Assembly: GCA_041645165.1 (NCBI GenBank)
Contig: JBAZQN010000008.1
Coordinates: 2,374-66,373 of the forward strand
Origin: Patescibacteria group bacterium
GTDB lineage: Bacteria > Patescibacteriota > Patescibacteriia > 2-02-FULL-49-11
Length of the DNA stretch: 64,000 nucleotides
Reading direction: 5' to 3'
This document shows, piece by piece, positions 8,721 through 18,386 of the stretch. The notes beneath the pieces were generated by a model that worked only from the letters and a program-made list of their open reading frames with translations, made no database searches and had not been told where the DNA came from. The number at the start of each line of letters is the position of its first letter. Positions within the stretch are counted from its first letter, which is position 1. The translations under genes and the position numbers were made by a program.

Positions 8721-10171
8721 TCCCATGAGAGTAAGGTGTATTGGTCGGAGGTTAATGGAAATGAGGGGGGCGGCGCATAAAGGAGGCTTGCATCATAGGT
8801 GATATTCCTCGTTTGATAGCCAGTGCCATCGGTATACGCAAAGCCATACCTTTGATTGGTTGCGAGCATGCCCCAAAGGGTTATTACTGACCGTATATAG
8901 GACGATCCGCACGTTATCCAATAATAGTATCGCCCAATTCTGCCATTCTTGGCAACTAACGCGGCATCAATCCGTAAATCATTTTCACTCGCCAATCCCA
9001 CATTTACATTATTTTGCGCAATGAGACCCAAAACCGCAGATCCGTCGTACGCGCCGTAAATAAGGTCATTATTAATGGTGATGCTCGTATTAGTGGAAGG
9101 ATTTTCTGGAAATTTTCCCGAAGCAATAGTAAGCCGCGCACTCGATATTTGCCCGTCAACCCAAATATGATCTTCAAAAAAAAGCACATTCGCGGAAGGA
9201 AACGGATACGTGCCAAGGGTTGTCTGCGCGCTGCCGCCTGTGCCAATACTCCAAGTGCCCCAGCCTGATTGGCTTAATTGGTTCGTGCACCATCTTGGAG
9301 GGGGTTGGAGAGAATTTACGCGCTTTAAAATGAAAGTGTCATTTGATTGCAAAGTGATGTGGTATCCCAAGGCGCCAGAGCTTGAGTAATAACCATTACT
9401 CGCTTGCGCTTGTGCCTTTATATCCGCTAAATCATTAATCATTCCCGTAAAGTCAACTGCGGGAACGGGGAATTGGCGCCCTGCCATAAATATATCAGTC
9501 CGGTTCGGCACCGCAGCGGGCGGGAGGGGGTCTGTGGGCGCGTCATGGGTATGTACGCCAAATTCATTCGCGCCGCTGTGGTCTGGGTCATCATAGGAAG
9601 TGCGCGCGCTTGTGATGAGGTTATGGGCGAGGCCGTCAAAGCGAATGCCGCCGTTTGAATGCGTTGGCCCAAACACTTCCGTGCCTTCTCCGAAACGCAT
9701 GTCCGCATTTGCGGCGATGGCAAATTTTGCCAGAGAAGGAATCGCATAGCGTACGCGTATCACGCGTTCCGCATGCGGCGCTTCGAGCGTAACGCCGCTT
9801 GATTCTACGTTCACCATGGTTGAACCGGTAGGGGGAGGGGTAATAGTGAGGGTAAAGGTGCCGATTTGCTCGCCCGCCCGATTGTTGAATGTATGGACAT
9901 AAGGTCCTGTAGAGCCGGTACCGTCCTGAAAATCATTTGGCGCGTGGGCAAGGTGCCAGCGATAATAGTCAACTCCCGCTTCTGCGATTTCAAACGCCAT
10001 TTCTTTCAAACTTCTTTGCCTTGCGAGGCGGCTTTGGCCTATGGACCACTGCGCTAAACCGCCGATTATGACAATGCCAATGCCCCCAAATACTATAAGG
10101 TGGATCAGCAACGCGCCATGAGCGGCTTGTTTTAAAAATTTAATCAAATAAGTGTGCGTATCCTTAACCAT
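8708..10171 (-). CDS. PilX-N-like minor pilin / pilus-associated protein (no canonical prepilin cleavage motif).
   Basis: N-terminal hydrophobic helix followed by QSRLARQRSLKEMAFEIAEAGVDYY, resembling the PilX_N domain. Large Gly/Ser/Thr-rich extracellular part. Confidence 0.45.
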   Translation of the reverse strand: MVKDTHTYLIKFLKQAAHGALLIHLIVFGGIGIVIIGGLAQWSIGQSRLARQRSLKEMAFEIAEAGVDYYRWHLAHAPNDFQDGTGSTGPYVHTFNNRAGEQIGTFTLTITPPPTGSTMVNVESSGVTLEAPHAERVIRVRYAIPSLAKFAIAANADMRFGEGTEVFGPTHSNGGIRFDGLAHNLITSARTSYDDPDHSGANEFGVHTHDAPTDPLPPAAVPNRTDIFMAGRQFPVPAVDFTGMINDLADIKAQAQASNGYYSSSGALGYHITLQSNDTFILKRVNSLQPPPRWCTNQLSQSGWGTWSIGTGGSAQTTLGTYPFPSANVLFFEDHIWVDGQISSARLTIASGKFPENPSTNTSITINNDLIYGAYDGSAVLGLIAQNNVNVGLASENDLRIDAALVAKNGRIGRYYYWITCGSSYIRSVITLWGMLATNQRYGFAYTDGTGYQTRNITYDASLLYAPPPSFPLTSDQYTLLSWEEVK

Positions 10172-10185
10172 ATTGTTAAGAGGTC

Positions 10186-10815
10186 TTATAAATTATCTTT
10201 CAGATTTCTAAGGTTTATGCCGCTGCGCGTTTGCAATGCTGCGGGAGGACGAGTGAGGTCTTTGTCAACGATAAGAGTTACTGTGAGAAAACGCACCACG
10301 CGCGCATCAACGGGCTGTGAGAGAGGCGCTTCAATCCCGGAATAATTTGTGTTGTAGTAAGAAAATACCGGCGTCGCGCCATTCACGAGGTTGTTAAGAA
10401 TAGTCGTTATGGTTTCATTTGCGCTCGGATACGTGACAGGGCTGCCCACCGGCTCGATGATGCCGCGCCGCAAGGTCGTTCCCGACACAAAGTAACGTAT
10501 CCTCTCTATGCCTGTATCACTGTCAACATTGCTGTAAAAGATTAACGACGAATCTAATACTGATTCAAGCGGGTAGGCGCCGTTGCCCGCGGTGGCGGCG
10601 ACTCTGGCTTCTGCAATAATTTTTTCAATTGCCTGCCTGCTCTCGAATTGCCCTGTCAATTGATTATTTAAAGTAGTATTAAATCTGAAAATATTCCCCT
10701 GAAATAGGCCAACCGCTAGAATTATTAACCCTAATATCGCGATTGCGATAACAGTCTCCAGCAGGGAAAATCCCTGATATCTGCACGAATAGAATCGTCT
10801 CACATAGCGAAGCAT
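10186..10815 (-). CDS. Type IV pseudopilin (prepilin-type N-terminal cleavage/methylation domain).
   Basis: Leader ...YQG|FSLLETVIAIAILGLIILAV matches the class III signal peptide G|F(S/T)L(L/I)E. Confidence 0.75.
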   Translation of the reverse strand: MLRYVRRFYSCRYQGFSLLETVIAIAILGLIILAVGLFQGNIFRFNTTLNNQLTGQFESRQAIEKIIAEARVAATAGNGAYPLESVLDSSLIFYSNVDSDTGIERIRYFVSGTTLRRGIIEPVGSPVTYPSANETITTILNNLVNGATPVFSYYNTNYSGIEAPLSQPVDARVVRFLTVTLIVDKDLTRPPAALQTRSGINLRNLKDNL

Positions 10816-10830
10816 AAAGTGCGTAATGTT

Positions 10831-12609
10831 TTAGGGCGACAATATGACTGAATACGCGTTGTTTCCTGTTATGTTGAGGCTGTCAGTAGACGTGGCATAC
10901 CCATCATGGTTCACCTCCACGGTATAATCATTTGCAGTGAGATTGGAAAAAAATGCCTGGCCCGGCGGCACGCAGCCGTTTACAAATGTAATGCCGATAT
11001 CAGAAACATTCGGCGATACCGTCGGATCAAGAGTGCTTAAGTAAATTTTGTACCTCATATAACGATTATTATTGTGGCTTGCATGCACGGAAGAGATACC
11101 CGGCGTATAAAAGCTGGATGAGGTGCCATCAGGGCCCGAGAAGCTCCATGTCGTATTGTCATTATTCGAGGCAAGCTGCATGCGCACGCTGTTAGCGCCT
11201 GTTTGAGGCAATTGGTCTGTAGGTTTCCAAAAGACTGACACATAATTAGTGCCGTTTCCAGTGTCTAGTGTTGATGAAATGAGTGTTCCGTTTGATTGGT
11301 AATTGCTTCCGCTGTGCGCAAGGAACAGATCGCCCGGCGTGGTAGTGGCATCAATACCGCCGTCATTATCATAATAACGGGTTTCGTCGGTAAACTGTTC
11401 CTGGCTCCCGCCTCCTGACCAATCGGTTTGCCATGCATAGCCGCGATTCGTTATTAAAGTAAGGTCGTAACCGCTGCGGGAAATATGCACTTGGCTATCA
11501 AGCAATGGTAGTTGCGTAGCGTTGTCGAGCACCGTGACGAGCAGCGAGTAAGAGGTATGGCTTTTGAGTACTAGCGTGATAGGCAATACGGCATCAGGCG
11601 ATACTATAACTGGCGATAAAGGGATGGAGCCGGCAAGATCATACCCTGTGTCGGTTAAGGTAAAAGTATACGTATCCCATTCAAGATTGGTCAGTTCGCG
11701 CACGCCATTGCCGTCAGTAAAAAAATTTTCAGAATATTTCAGCAATGTTGGGTTGGTGCCTATAAGTTTTGTCCCCTCGCTATGCAAATCGACAAAAGTA
11801 AGAGGATTGCAGAGTTGGTTTGTGGTCGTAAGGTGGATCGTGCTCACCTTATCAATCGAAAAGCTTACCTGCGTTACTTGTTGAGTAAGCACGGAAGCGT
11901 GCGGCTTTACCGGGTTTGGATTGCCAGGCGCTTCAGGCAGATATGTTTGTTCTGTCGAATACCCGTCTTTGGTGGCCCTGATGGCATACGATTCGTCTGA
12001 AGGCGGCACGTCAATGAGTTGCAATAACCCCTCGTTATTCGTCACATCATCAATCGCTATGGAAGGCGATACGATAGAATTTTCGACATGCACGGACGCT
12101 TGGGGCACGGCATGTCCGTTTGCGTCAAAAACGCGAATAAAAAGTGATCCGTTATTGGTCGAGACTTCTAAATTTTTTGGGGAAATGGTTGTGGTGAAGA
12201 CGAGGGGAGGGTTTCCCGTGCATGAGGCACAACTGACAGAAATTTCAACCAGCTTGTAATCAGCGGGGGCAGTATCATTGGGAGTCCCGCCGATTGTTCC
12301 GTCAAAAGGATCATCCACATTGCGGATCGTGGTATTCACGTTAAAAGAAATGCCATCACGCAGCAATGTCTGGGTTTGCGGTAAGGAACCGGCAGGGATT
12401 CCGCCGGAAGTGCCTACCGATGCGTAGGGTAAATTACGTATAATCTCTATTTGTTCATTCACGAGCGCGGTTGCCGCAACTCGCGCGCGTGAGGCATGGA
12501 TTAATTTGGTTGTTTGCGTGACGACTGAATAGATGCCAATCGCGATGAGAGTGAATACTGCCACGCCGACTATAGTTTCGATAAGAGTAAAGCCGTTCTT
12601 TTTTTTCAC
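10831..12609 (-). CDS. Giant type IV pilin/pseudopilin (about 590 aa mature protein).
   Basis: Prepilin motif KKKNG|FTLIETIVGVAVFTLIAIGIY. The most plausible start is GTG at 12609, giving the leader M-K-K-K-N-G. The ORF track extends the start to 12741 through a repeat element. Thr/Ser/Asn-rich beta-like body. Confidence 0.7.
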   Translation of the reverse strand: MKKKNGFTLIETIVGVAVFTLIAIGIYSVVTQTTKLIHASRARVAATALVNEQIEIIRNLPYASVGTSGGIPAGSLPQTQTLLRDGISFNVNTTIRNVDDPFDGTIGGTPNDTAPADYKLVEISVSCASCTGNPPLVFTTTISPKNLEVSTNNGSLFIRVFDANGHAVPQASVHVENSIVSPSIAIDDVTNNEGLLQLIDVPPSDESYAIRATKDGYSTEQTYLPEAPGNPNPVKPHASVLTQQVTQVSFSIDKVSTIHLTTTNQLCNPLTFVDLHSEGTKLIGTNPTLLKYSENFFTDGNGVRELTNLEWDTYTFTLTDTGYDLAGSIPLSPVIVSPDAVLPITLVLKSHTSYSLLVTVLDNATQLPLLDSQVHISRSGYDLTLITNRGYAWQTDWSGGGSQEQFTDETRYYDNDGGIDATTTPGDLFLAHSGSNYQSNGTLISSTLDTGNGTNYVSVFWKPTDQLPQTGANSVRMQLASNNDNTTWSFSGPDGTSSSFYTPGISSVHASHNNNRYMRYKIYLSTLDPTVSPNVSDIGITFVNGCVPPGQAFFSNLTANDYTVEVNHDGYATSTDSLNITGNNAYSVILSP

Positions 12610-12737
12610 TGTTGAAATTTTCAAATTACAATTTCTAATTTTCAAATAATTTTCAATGTCCCAATTTTCAAACATCTGCGGCTTATGAAATTGTGACATT
12701 GATTGAAAATTGAAAATTGAAAATTGATAATTTTGAT
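12610..12737. repeat. Palindromic tandem-arm element: (AATTTTCAA)x4 ... (TTGAAAATT)x3.
   Basis: The left arm is tandem copies of a 9-10-mer and the right arm is tandem copies of its reverse complement. Lies between pilC and the giant pilin gene. Confidence 0.7.
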
Positions 12738-13835
12738 TCATATCGTCTGGGTGAGTGAATACATCGGCATGATGATAGCGACAGCCATAGCACCCACACC
12801 CGCGCCAAGGATTAAAATCAGCAGCGGTTCTATGATGGAAGGGAGGTTTTTCATTATCTGATCAACTTCCTCTTCATAAAAAAGCGCAAGTTGGGAAAGG
12901 ACATTGTCAAGTGCTCCTGATTCTTCACCCACGCGCGTGAGCTGGCTGACCACCGGCGGGAAAAGGTGGGGATATGATGAAAACACCACATGTACCGGTG
13001 ATCCTTTTTTGAGGCGTTCTGCAAGATCAAGCAGTGCTTCGCGGTAATAGATATTTTTTATTGTGCGGGACGTAATTATTGACGCCTGTACGATGGGAAT
13101 GTCTGTCGTGAGGAGCGATGAAAAGGTACGGCTTATGCGAGCTAAGTTTACTTTATGGATGATAGGACCGAAAATGGGCAAACGAAGTAACAATGTATGT
13201 AGTATATGTGTACCTAAAGCAGTTTTAGCAAAAGCACGGAAGGCGACAATAAGCAACACCAATCCAATAAGTACAAAGGGACCATTTTTCGTAGTGAAGT
13301 TACTCGTGGCGATAAGAATTCTGGTAGGGAGCGGCAGCGTCGCTTTAAATTCTGCAAAAACACTTATAAGTCTCGGGATCACAAATATCATCATGGCAGT
13401 TCCAATGCCGATCATGGCAATTATGACAATAGAAGGGTAGAGCATGGCGCCGCGCACCTTGGAGATAAGTTCGTGGTCTTTTTTCATCTGTTCGGTTACG
13501 TGCTGCAGCACTTCGTCGAGTTTTCCTGAAAGTTCTCCGCTCTCAATCATGCTGACAGTAAGATCAGGAAAAACTGAAGGATGCATCGAGAGTGCCCGTG
13601 CGAATGGCGTTCCTTTCTCTACTTGTTCGTAAATGTTGTGTATTACATAATGGAATCGTTTATGCGTAGATTGATCTGCAAGGGTCCGCAATGCCATAGC
13701 AAGAGAGAGGCCTGCCTTCACCATTACCTGGAGATTTTGTATGAAAAAGATTTTTTCTGTAAGTGAAATCGGATGATGGCGGCTTATCCACGATAAAGTG
13801 TTTTGGGGAGTTTTGTTGTAATTTTGTTCTGGCAT
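12738..13835 (-). CDS. pilC: Type IV pilus inner-membrane platform protein PilC (GspF family).
   Basis: Two T2SSF-like repeats with membrane helices. Located between pilB and the pilin genes. Confidence 0.8.
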   Translation of the reverse strand: MPEQNYNKTPQNTLSWISRHHPISLTEKIFFIQNLQVMVKAGLSLAMALRTLADQSTHKRFHYVIHNIYEQVEKGTPFARALSMHPSVFPDLTVSMIESGELSGKLDEVLQHVTEQMKKDHELISKVRGAMLYPSIVIIAMIGIGTAMMIFVIPRLISVFAEFKATLPLPTRILIATSNFTTKNGPFVLIGLVLLIVAFRAFAKTALGTHILHTLLLRLPIFGPIIHKVNLARISRTFSSLLTTDIPIVQASIITSRTIKNIYYREALLDLAERLKKGSPVHVVFSSYPHLFPPVVSQLTRVGEESGALDNVLSQLALFYEEEVDQIMKNLPSIIEPLLILILGAGVGAMAVAIIMPMYSLTQTI

Positions 13836-13856
13836 GGCGCGTCAAAATTAACAATA

Positions 13857-15590
13857 TCAATCTTTGGCAACACGGAGAAGCTCCTCGATGGTAGTGATGC
13901 CTTGCTTTGCCTTAATAAACCCGTCTTGGAACATGGTGTACATGCCTTCTTTTTTTGCGCATGCGTTTATTTCTTCAGCAGATGCCCGTTTTAAAATAAG
14001 CTCAGTGATCGCAGGTGTTATGGAGAGAACCTCATAAATGCCTATACGCCCTTTATACCCTTCCTGGTTGCATTGTTTACAGCCCTTTCCTTTCCAGAAT
14101 TCCAGCGATTCGAATCGGGTTTTAGGGGAATCAACCAATTTTTCTTTTGCAAATATTTCAATTATCGCGGAAAGGTCAAATTGGTTATTTAATTCTTGCA
14201 CCGTATTGCGATCGAGTTTTATCGGTTGTTTGCAATTTTGACAAATTTTACGCGTAAGCCGCTGCGCGAGCACCAGATTAACAGTTGAGGTAATGAGGAA
14301 AGAAGCGACTTGCATATCCTGCAGTCGTGGAAACGCGGTGGCGGCGTCGTTCGTGTGGAGTGTAGAGAGCACTAAGTGTCCTGTCATAGCTGCATTTACC
14401 GCTATATCTGCAGTTTCTGAATCTCGTATTTCACCGACCATGATGACATTGGGATCTTGGCGCAAAAAAGACCTTAATCCTGCAGCGAAGGTATAGCCTA
14501 TTTTCGGGTTTACCTGGCTCTGGTTCACTCTAGGCATCCGATATTCTATGGGGTCTTCAATGGTAGTGATATTTACATTTGGCGTATTTATAATATTGAG
14601 AATGGTATAGAGTGTTGTCGTTTTTCCGGAACCGGTAGGGCCGGTTATTAATATCATCCCATGGGGTTTGGTGATGTTGAATTTGATTTTATCAAGAGAT
14701 TTTCCGTAAAACCCGAGCTGTTCGAGCGTGAGTATCTGTGCGGATTCGTTTAAGAGCCGCAATACTATTTTTTCACCGTCAAACACGGGAATGACCGAGA
14801 CACGGAATGAAATACGGTATTCATTGGTGCTTATTTTGAATCTGCCATCCTGCGGCATTCGGTGTTCGTCGAGTTTTAAATTAGCAAGAATTTTTATGCG
14901 CGCGACTATGCCTGATTGGGTTTTTTTTGGCAATGTCATGACATCGCGCAATATGCCGTCTACGCGATATCTGACTACCACTTCTTTTTCTGTGGGTTCA
15001 ATATGGATATCAGATGCGCCTTCAAAAATGGCATATTCGAGCAGGGTATCCACAATGCGAATGATGGGAAGGTCCTGCGCGAGCTCTTTTAGTTTTTCGT
15101 GATCTTCATCATTTATTACTTCAGCTTTTGTGATTTCCTCAAATTCAGCCTTTAATGATTTATGGTATTGTTTCAGTATTTCGTGTATGTCGGTAGGCGT
15201 GGTGATGTATATTTCAATATCCAGCCCTGTGCGTTTTTTTATAAATTCAAAAGTTTGAAGATCGTCGGGGTCAAGGGTCGCCACTTTCAATGCGGTATCC
15301 GTGCGGTTGAACGCGACAATGAGATGGGAAGAAGCAATCGGTTCAGGAATGAGATTAAGAATATCTTTTCGGATATTGAGCGCGTTGAGCTTCACATAAG
15401 GATATCCTAAAAGTTCTGCCTGAATTTCAGCCAGCTGATCCTCGGTGATCAATTTTTTTTCAAGCAAAACCTGCTCTAACTGCTTATGGGATGATTCTGC
15501 CTCCTTTAATGCCGCATCCAGTTCTTTTTTTGAAGCAATTTTTCCCTTTATTATCGCTTCAAAGAGATTTTTAGATTGAGAGAGGGGCAT
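13857..15590 (-). CDS. pilB: Type IV pilus assembly ATPase PilB (GspE family).
   Basis: Walker A GPTGSGKTTTLY, Asp/His boxes, a tetracysteine motif (CKQCNQEGYKGRIGIYEV) and an N-terminal GspII_E domain. Confidence 0.9.
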   Translation of the reverse strand: MPLSQSKNLFEAIIKGKIASKKELDAALKEAESSHKQLEQVLLEKKLITEDQLAEIQAELLGYPYVKLNALNIRKDILNLIPEPIASSHLIVAFNRTDTALKVATLDPDDLQTFEFIKKRTGLDIEIYITTPTDIHEILKQYHKSLKAEFEEITKAEVINDEDHEKLKELAQDLPIIRIVDTLLEYAIFEGASDIHIEPTEKEVVVRYRVDGILRDVMTLPKKTQSGIVARIKILANLKLDEHRMPQDGRFKISTNEYRISFRVSVIPVFDGEKIVLRLLNESAQILTLEQLGFYGKSLDKIKFNITKPHGMILITGPTGSGKTTTLYTILNIINTPNVNITTIEDPIEYRMPRVNQSQVNPKIGYTFAAGLRSFLRQDPNVIMVGEIRDSETADIAVNAAMTGHLVLSTLHTNDAATAFPRLQDMQVASFLITSTVNLVLAQRLTRKICQNCKQPIKLDRNTVQELNNQFDLSAIIEIFAKEKLVDSPKTRFESLEFWKGKGCKQCNQEGYKGRIGIYEVLSITPAITELILKRASAEEINACAKKEGMYTMFQDGFIKAKQGITTIEELLRVAKD

Positions 15591-15651
15591 GGGTTTGGTA
15601 TAGACGTTATGTTGTATATATTATACCATAGAATATGACGTTGCGCATGAG

Positions 15652-16038
15652 ATGCTAGTAAAACTCCCATTTATGCCACTTTTCCCCTCATTACGAAAGG
15701 ATTTATACCACCGGCTTCCATGGGTTATATGGAATGTGGCGATTTCGTTTGTTTTAAATGCGGCAACCTGGGTCTATGTGTATTTTACCATTGAGCCATC
15801 GGTAGATCCGATCCCGCTGCATATCACCGTGTATTTCGGAATAGATTTTATAGGCCCTTTTTGGTATTTTTACCTGCTTGCGGCATCAGGCACCCTCATG
15901 ACCATATTCAATGGCGGTGTGGGAAGGATGCTTTATCGCGATGAGCCAAGGCTTGCTGCGGCATTACTTACGTTCACAACGGTAATGAATGCGTTTTTGT
16001 GCGCCATCACGGTTTACCTTTCAACATTTGTGTTATGA
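15652..16038 (+). CDS. Hypothetical integral membrane protein (4 predicted TM).
   Basis: Hydrophobic profile only. Confidence 0.3.
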   Translation: MLVKLPFMPLFPSLRKDLYHRLPWVIWNVAISFVLNAATWVYVYFTIEPSVDPIPLHITVYFGIDFIGPFWYFYLLAASGTLMTIFNGGVGRMLYRDEPRLAAALLTFTTVMNAFLCAITVYLSTFVL

Positions 16039-16724
16039 GCGATCATGAGCCGTATCATTATTTTAATGAAATTTCGATTGGCCACGACTCAAGCGTTATG
16101 ATAGGGCGCAAATATGAGGAAGGTTATGTTTTTACGAGACGGGGGCCGCACATTATGCGACAGGTGCGCTCGGTAAGAGTTTCCATAGGCTCCTTTCAAT
16201 TATCAAGCGAGAATCGTCGGATCTTGAAAAACTATGCTTTCCTTAATCTCCATTATGAAGCACTGCCTTATCCAGGCTATCATTGGACAATTGGAAAAAT
16301 TGCAGTTGATTTTTATAAAAAGAAAACGGGCTCACGCGCCATGAGCGCCCAGAAAATAAAGACCCTATTCACCTCGCCTCATGAAAGCATGAATGGCGTT
16401 TTTATATATCAATGGAAACAAGTAGAACGCCCTCTCGGCTACAGCCTTCTTTTTTCATCTGCGCGTATGCTTCATTATGCGTATCCTTTTTACGACGTGG
16501 CACATGCACGCGCATTAACGCTTCCTTCCTTGGGAATGGCAATGATGCTCAAGGCGATCCTTTGGGCGCAAGAAAAAAATATGGACTATGTATATCTGGG
16601 AAGTATCCACAATGAACGCTCACTCTATAAATTTCAGTTTAAAGGAGTGGAGTGGTTTAATGGTAAAAAATGGCAGCAGGGGAAACCTGAAAAATCCCAA
16701 ATCCAAATTTCAAAGTTCAAATAA
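16035..16724 (+). CDS. Arginyl/leucyl-tRNA--protein transferase-like protein (ATE1/Bpt family, ATE_C-like).
   Basis: C-terminal DYVYLGSIHNERSLYKFQFKGVEWF resembles the ATE_C motif (YLGYYI...YK..F.P.E.L). The start is probably the internal Met at 16035. The last ~11 codons are read from a repeat element. Confidence 0.4.
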   Translation: MSDHEPYHYFNEISIGHDSSVMIGRKYEEGYVFTRRGPHIMRQVRSVRVSIGSFQLSSENRRILKNYAFLNLHYEALPYPGYHWTIGKIAVDFYKKKTGSRAMSAQKIKTLFTSPHESMNGVFIYQWKQVERPLGYSLLFSSARMLHYAYPFYDVAHARALTLPSLGMAMMLKAILWAQEKNMDYVYLGSIHNERSLYKFQFKGVEWFNGKKWQQGKPEKSQIQISKFK

Positions 16725-16810
16725 AATCCAAAATCCCAATGTCAAATTTGATATTGGACATTTGAACTTGAGATTTTATTTGATATTTGGATTTTGACAT
16801 TGGGATTTAA
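16691..16810. repeat. Palindromic tandem-arm element (AAATCCCAAT / ATTGGGATTT type).
   Basis: aaatcccaaatccaaa...atccaaaatcccaatgtcaaatttgatat | atatttggattttgacattgggattt. Long imperfect palindrome. Confidence 0.7.
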
Positions 16811-16847
16811 GCAAATAATGTAGAGAATTTTCGAGAGGATAGTTTTC

Positions 16848-18257
16848 ATGCTTATGATCGCAAAAAGACACATTCATTTTATAGGAATATGCGGCACTGC
16901 CATGGCGCCAGTCGCTAAAATGTTTTGGGATTTGGGATGGCGCGTAACTGGTTCTGACAAAGGCATTTATCCCCCTATATCGGATTATTTAAAACAGAAT
17001 AAGATTGCATATTATGTTGGATTTCATCCTGAGCGGATAGGGAATCCTGATAAGGTAGTGGTGGGGAATTATATCAGCCTTGTAAATCCTGAATTTTCTG
17101 CGATAAGGGAGCGCGGTATTCCTTATCAGTCCTACCCTGAGGCATTACGGGAATACGTAATAAAATCAAACTCAATCGTGGTTGCGGGAAGTTTTGGAAA
17201 AACCACCACGACCGCACTTCTTGCGTGGATTTGGGAATGCGCGGGGAGACGCCCTTCATTCATGGCAGGCGGAATGATGCGCAATTTTCCTAATAGCGTG
17301 CGATCAAATGATTCGTTATGGAGCATTGTAGAAGGTGACGAGTATCCGGCATGCCGATGGAATCCTGTCCCAAAATTTTCATTTTATGACCCGCATTTTT
17401 TAGTGTTAACCGGCGTGCAGTGGGATCACGCAGATATCTATACGACAGAAGAATCCTACATTGAAATGTTTAAAAAGTTGGTTGCATCGATGCCTCCCAA
17501 TGGACTCATCTGCGCGGCTTTGGACCGACCACATATGCGCGATGTTCTCAACAAGGCATCTGCACCGGTGGTATGGTACGGAAGGACTGGGAGCGGTGCA
17601 GATTGGAGCACAGAGGTGTTATATCAAAAAAAAGCAACCAAAATGACATTTTACGGACCTTCAAATGAAACAATAGGCCCGGTGAGTGTGCCTCTTTTGG
17701 GCAGTATTGCATTCGATCACTTTACCGGTGCAGTAGCGCTTGCGCGTGCTTCCGGCATTGATCAAACTGCCATCATGCAAGCGCTCACCTCGTTCCAGGG
17801 AGTATGCAGGCGGCTTGAAGTAAGGGGTGTGGTGAACAAGGTGAGCATAATAGACGACTTCGCCCATTCACCGAGCAAGGCAAAATCTGCTATTGATGCG
17901 GTGAAGCAAACATTTAATCGCGGACGCGTCATAGTCGTTTTTGAACCGAACGTAGGGAATCGGCTTCGTTCGTTAGCGCCCTCATATAGAGATGCGTTTA
18001 ATTCCGCGAATACCGTTATTGTGCCGCGTTTATCAGCAACGAAACACAATGAAAATACAGAGGCAAGGTTGGATGGCGCACAACTTGCGCAAATTATCAG
18101 TTCATCGAATACTCATATAGAGGAAGTCGTTTATATCGATGATGATATTCAGGTTGTCCAAAAGCTGCAAAAAATCGCCCAACCGGGCGACTGCATACTT
18201 TTTCTCGGCTCGCATGGATTCAGAGGGATGATCGAACAGACACTAGAGTGTCTGTAA
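16848..18257 (+). CDS. Mur ligase family protein (Mpl/MurC-like; UDP-N-acetylmuramate-peptide or L-Ala ligase).
   Basis: N-terminal HIHFIGICGTAMAPVA...VTGSD, P-loop VVAGSFGKTTTTAL and a Mur ligase middle/C-terminal domain. The ICGT motif favours Mpl. Confidence 0.7.
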   Translation: MLMIAKRHIHFIGICGTAMAPVAKMFWDLGWRVTGSDKGIYPPISDYLKQNKIAYYVGFHPERIGNPDKVVVGNYISLVNPEFSAIRERGIPYQSYPEALREYVIKSNSIVVAGSFGKTTTTALLAWIWECAGRRPSFMAGGMMRNFPNSVRSNDSLWSIVEGDEYPACRWNPVPKFSFYDPHFLVLTGVQWDHADIYTTEESYIEMFKKLVASMPPNGLICAALDRPHMRDVLNKASAPVVWYGRTGSGADWSTEVLYQKKATKMTFYGPSNETIGPVSVPLLGSIAFDHFTGAVALARASGIDQTAIMQALTSFQGVCRRLEVRGVVNKVSIIDDFAHSPSKAKSAIDAVKQTFNRGRVIVVFEPNVGNRLRSLAPSYRDAFNSANTVIVPRLSATKHNENTEARLDGAQLAQIISSSNTHIEEVVYIDDDIQVVQKLQKIAQPGDCILFLGSHGFRGMIEQTLECL

Positions 18258-18367
18258 TGCCAAAGTTCAAATTTCCAATTTCAAATTGACATGTGACATT
18301 TGTCCCGCTCCTTGAATTTGGTTATCTAAAGTATGCGGGATCCCGCTGAAGCGGGAAATTTTGAGCT
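18258..18367 (-). repeat. Same repeat family, copy B (reverse orientation).
   Basis: Reverse complement reads TCAAAATTTCCCGCTTCAGCGGGATCCCGCATACTTTAGATAACCAAATTCAAGGAGCGGGACAAATGTCAC..., collinear with copy A. Confidence 0.75.
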
Positions 18368-18386
18368 TTGTCATTCCCCGTAGGGG

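Noticed and set aside
8577-8780. 67-aa ORF (MSGTISNDQLNPNPKNPNTFGHSCFLSIDWSLGFGHW...) in the pilM/pilX-like intergenic region.
   Set aside because: It is a translation of the repeat element (Pro/Asn/Lys codons from the CCAAAT/CCCAAT tandem). It has no independent coding signal.
12610-12737. CRISPR array, because of short direct repeats at regular spacing.
   Set aside because: Repeat units are only 8-10 nt and are contiguous, with no unique spacers. The second half is the reverse complement of the first. This is a palindromic tandem-arm element, not a CRISPR locus. No cas genes are present.
15441-15460. T9/A9 homopolymer inside pilB as a phase-variation switch.
   Set aside because: It encodes a Lys-Lys-Leu stretch within a conserved ATPase. 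AT-rich genomes carry such tracts frequently. There is no evidence of variability. Only the A8 at the pilin start is flagged, because of its classic position.
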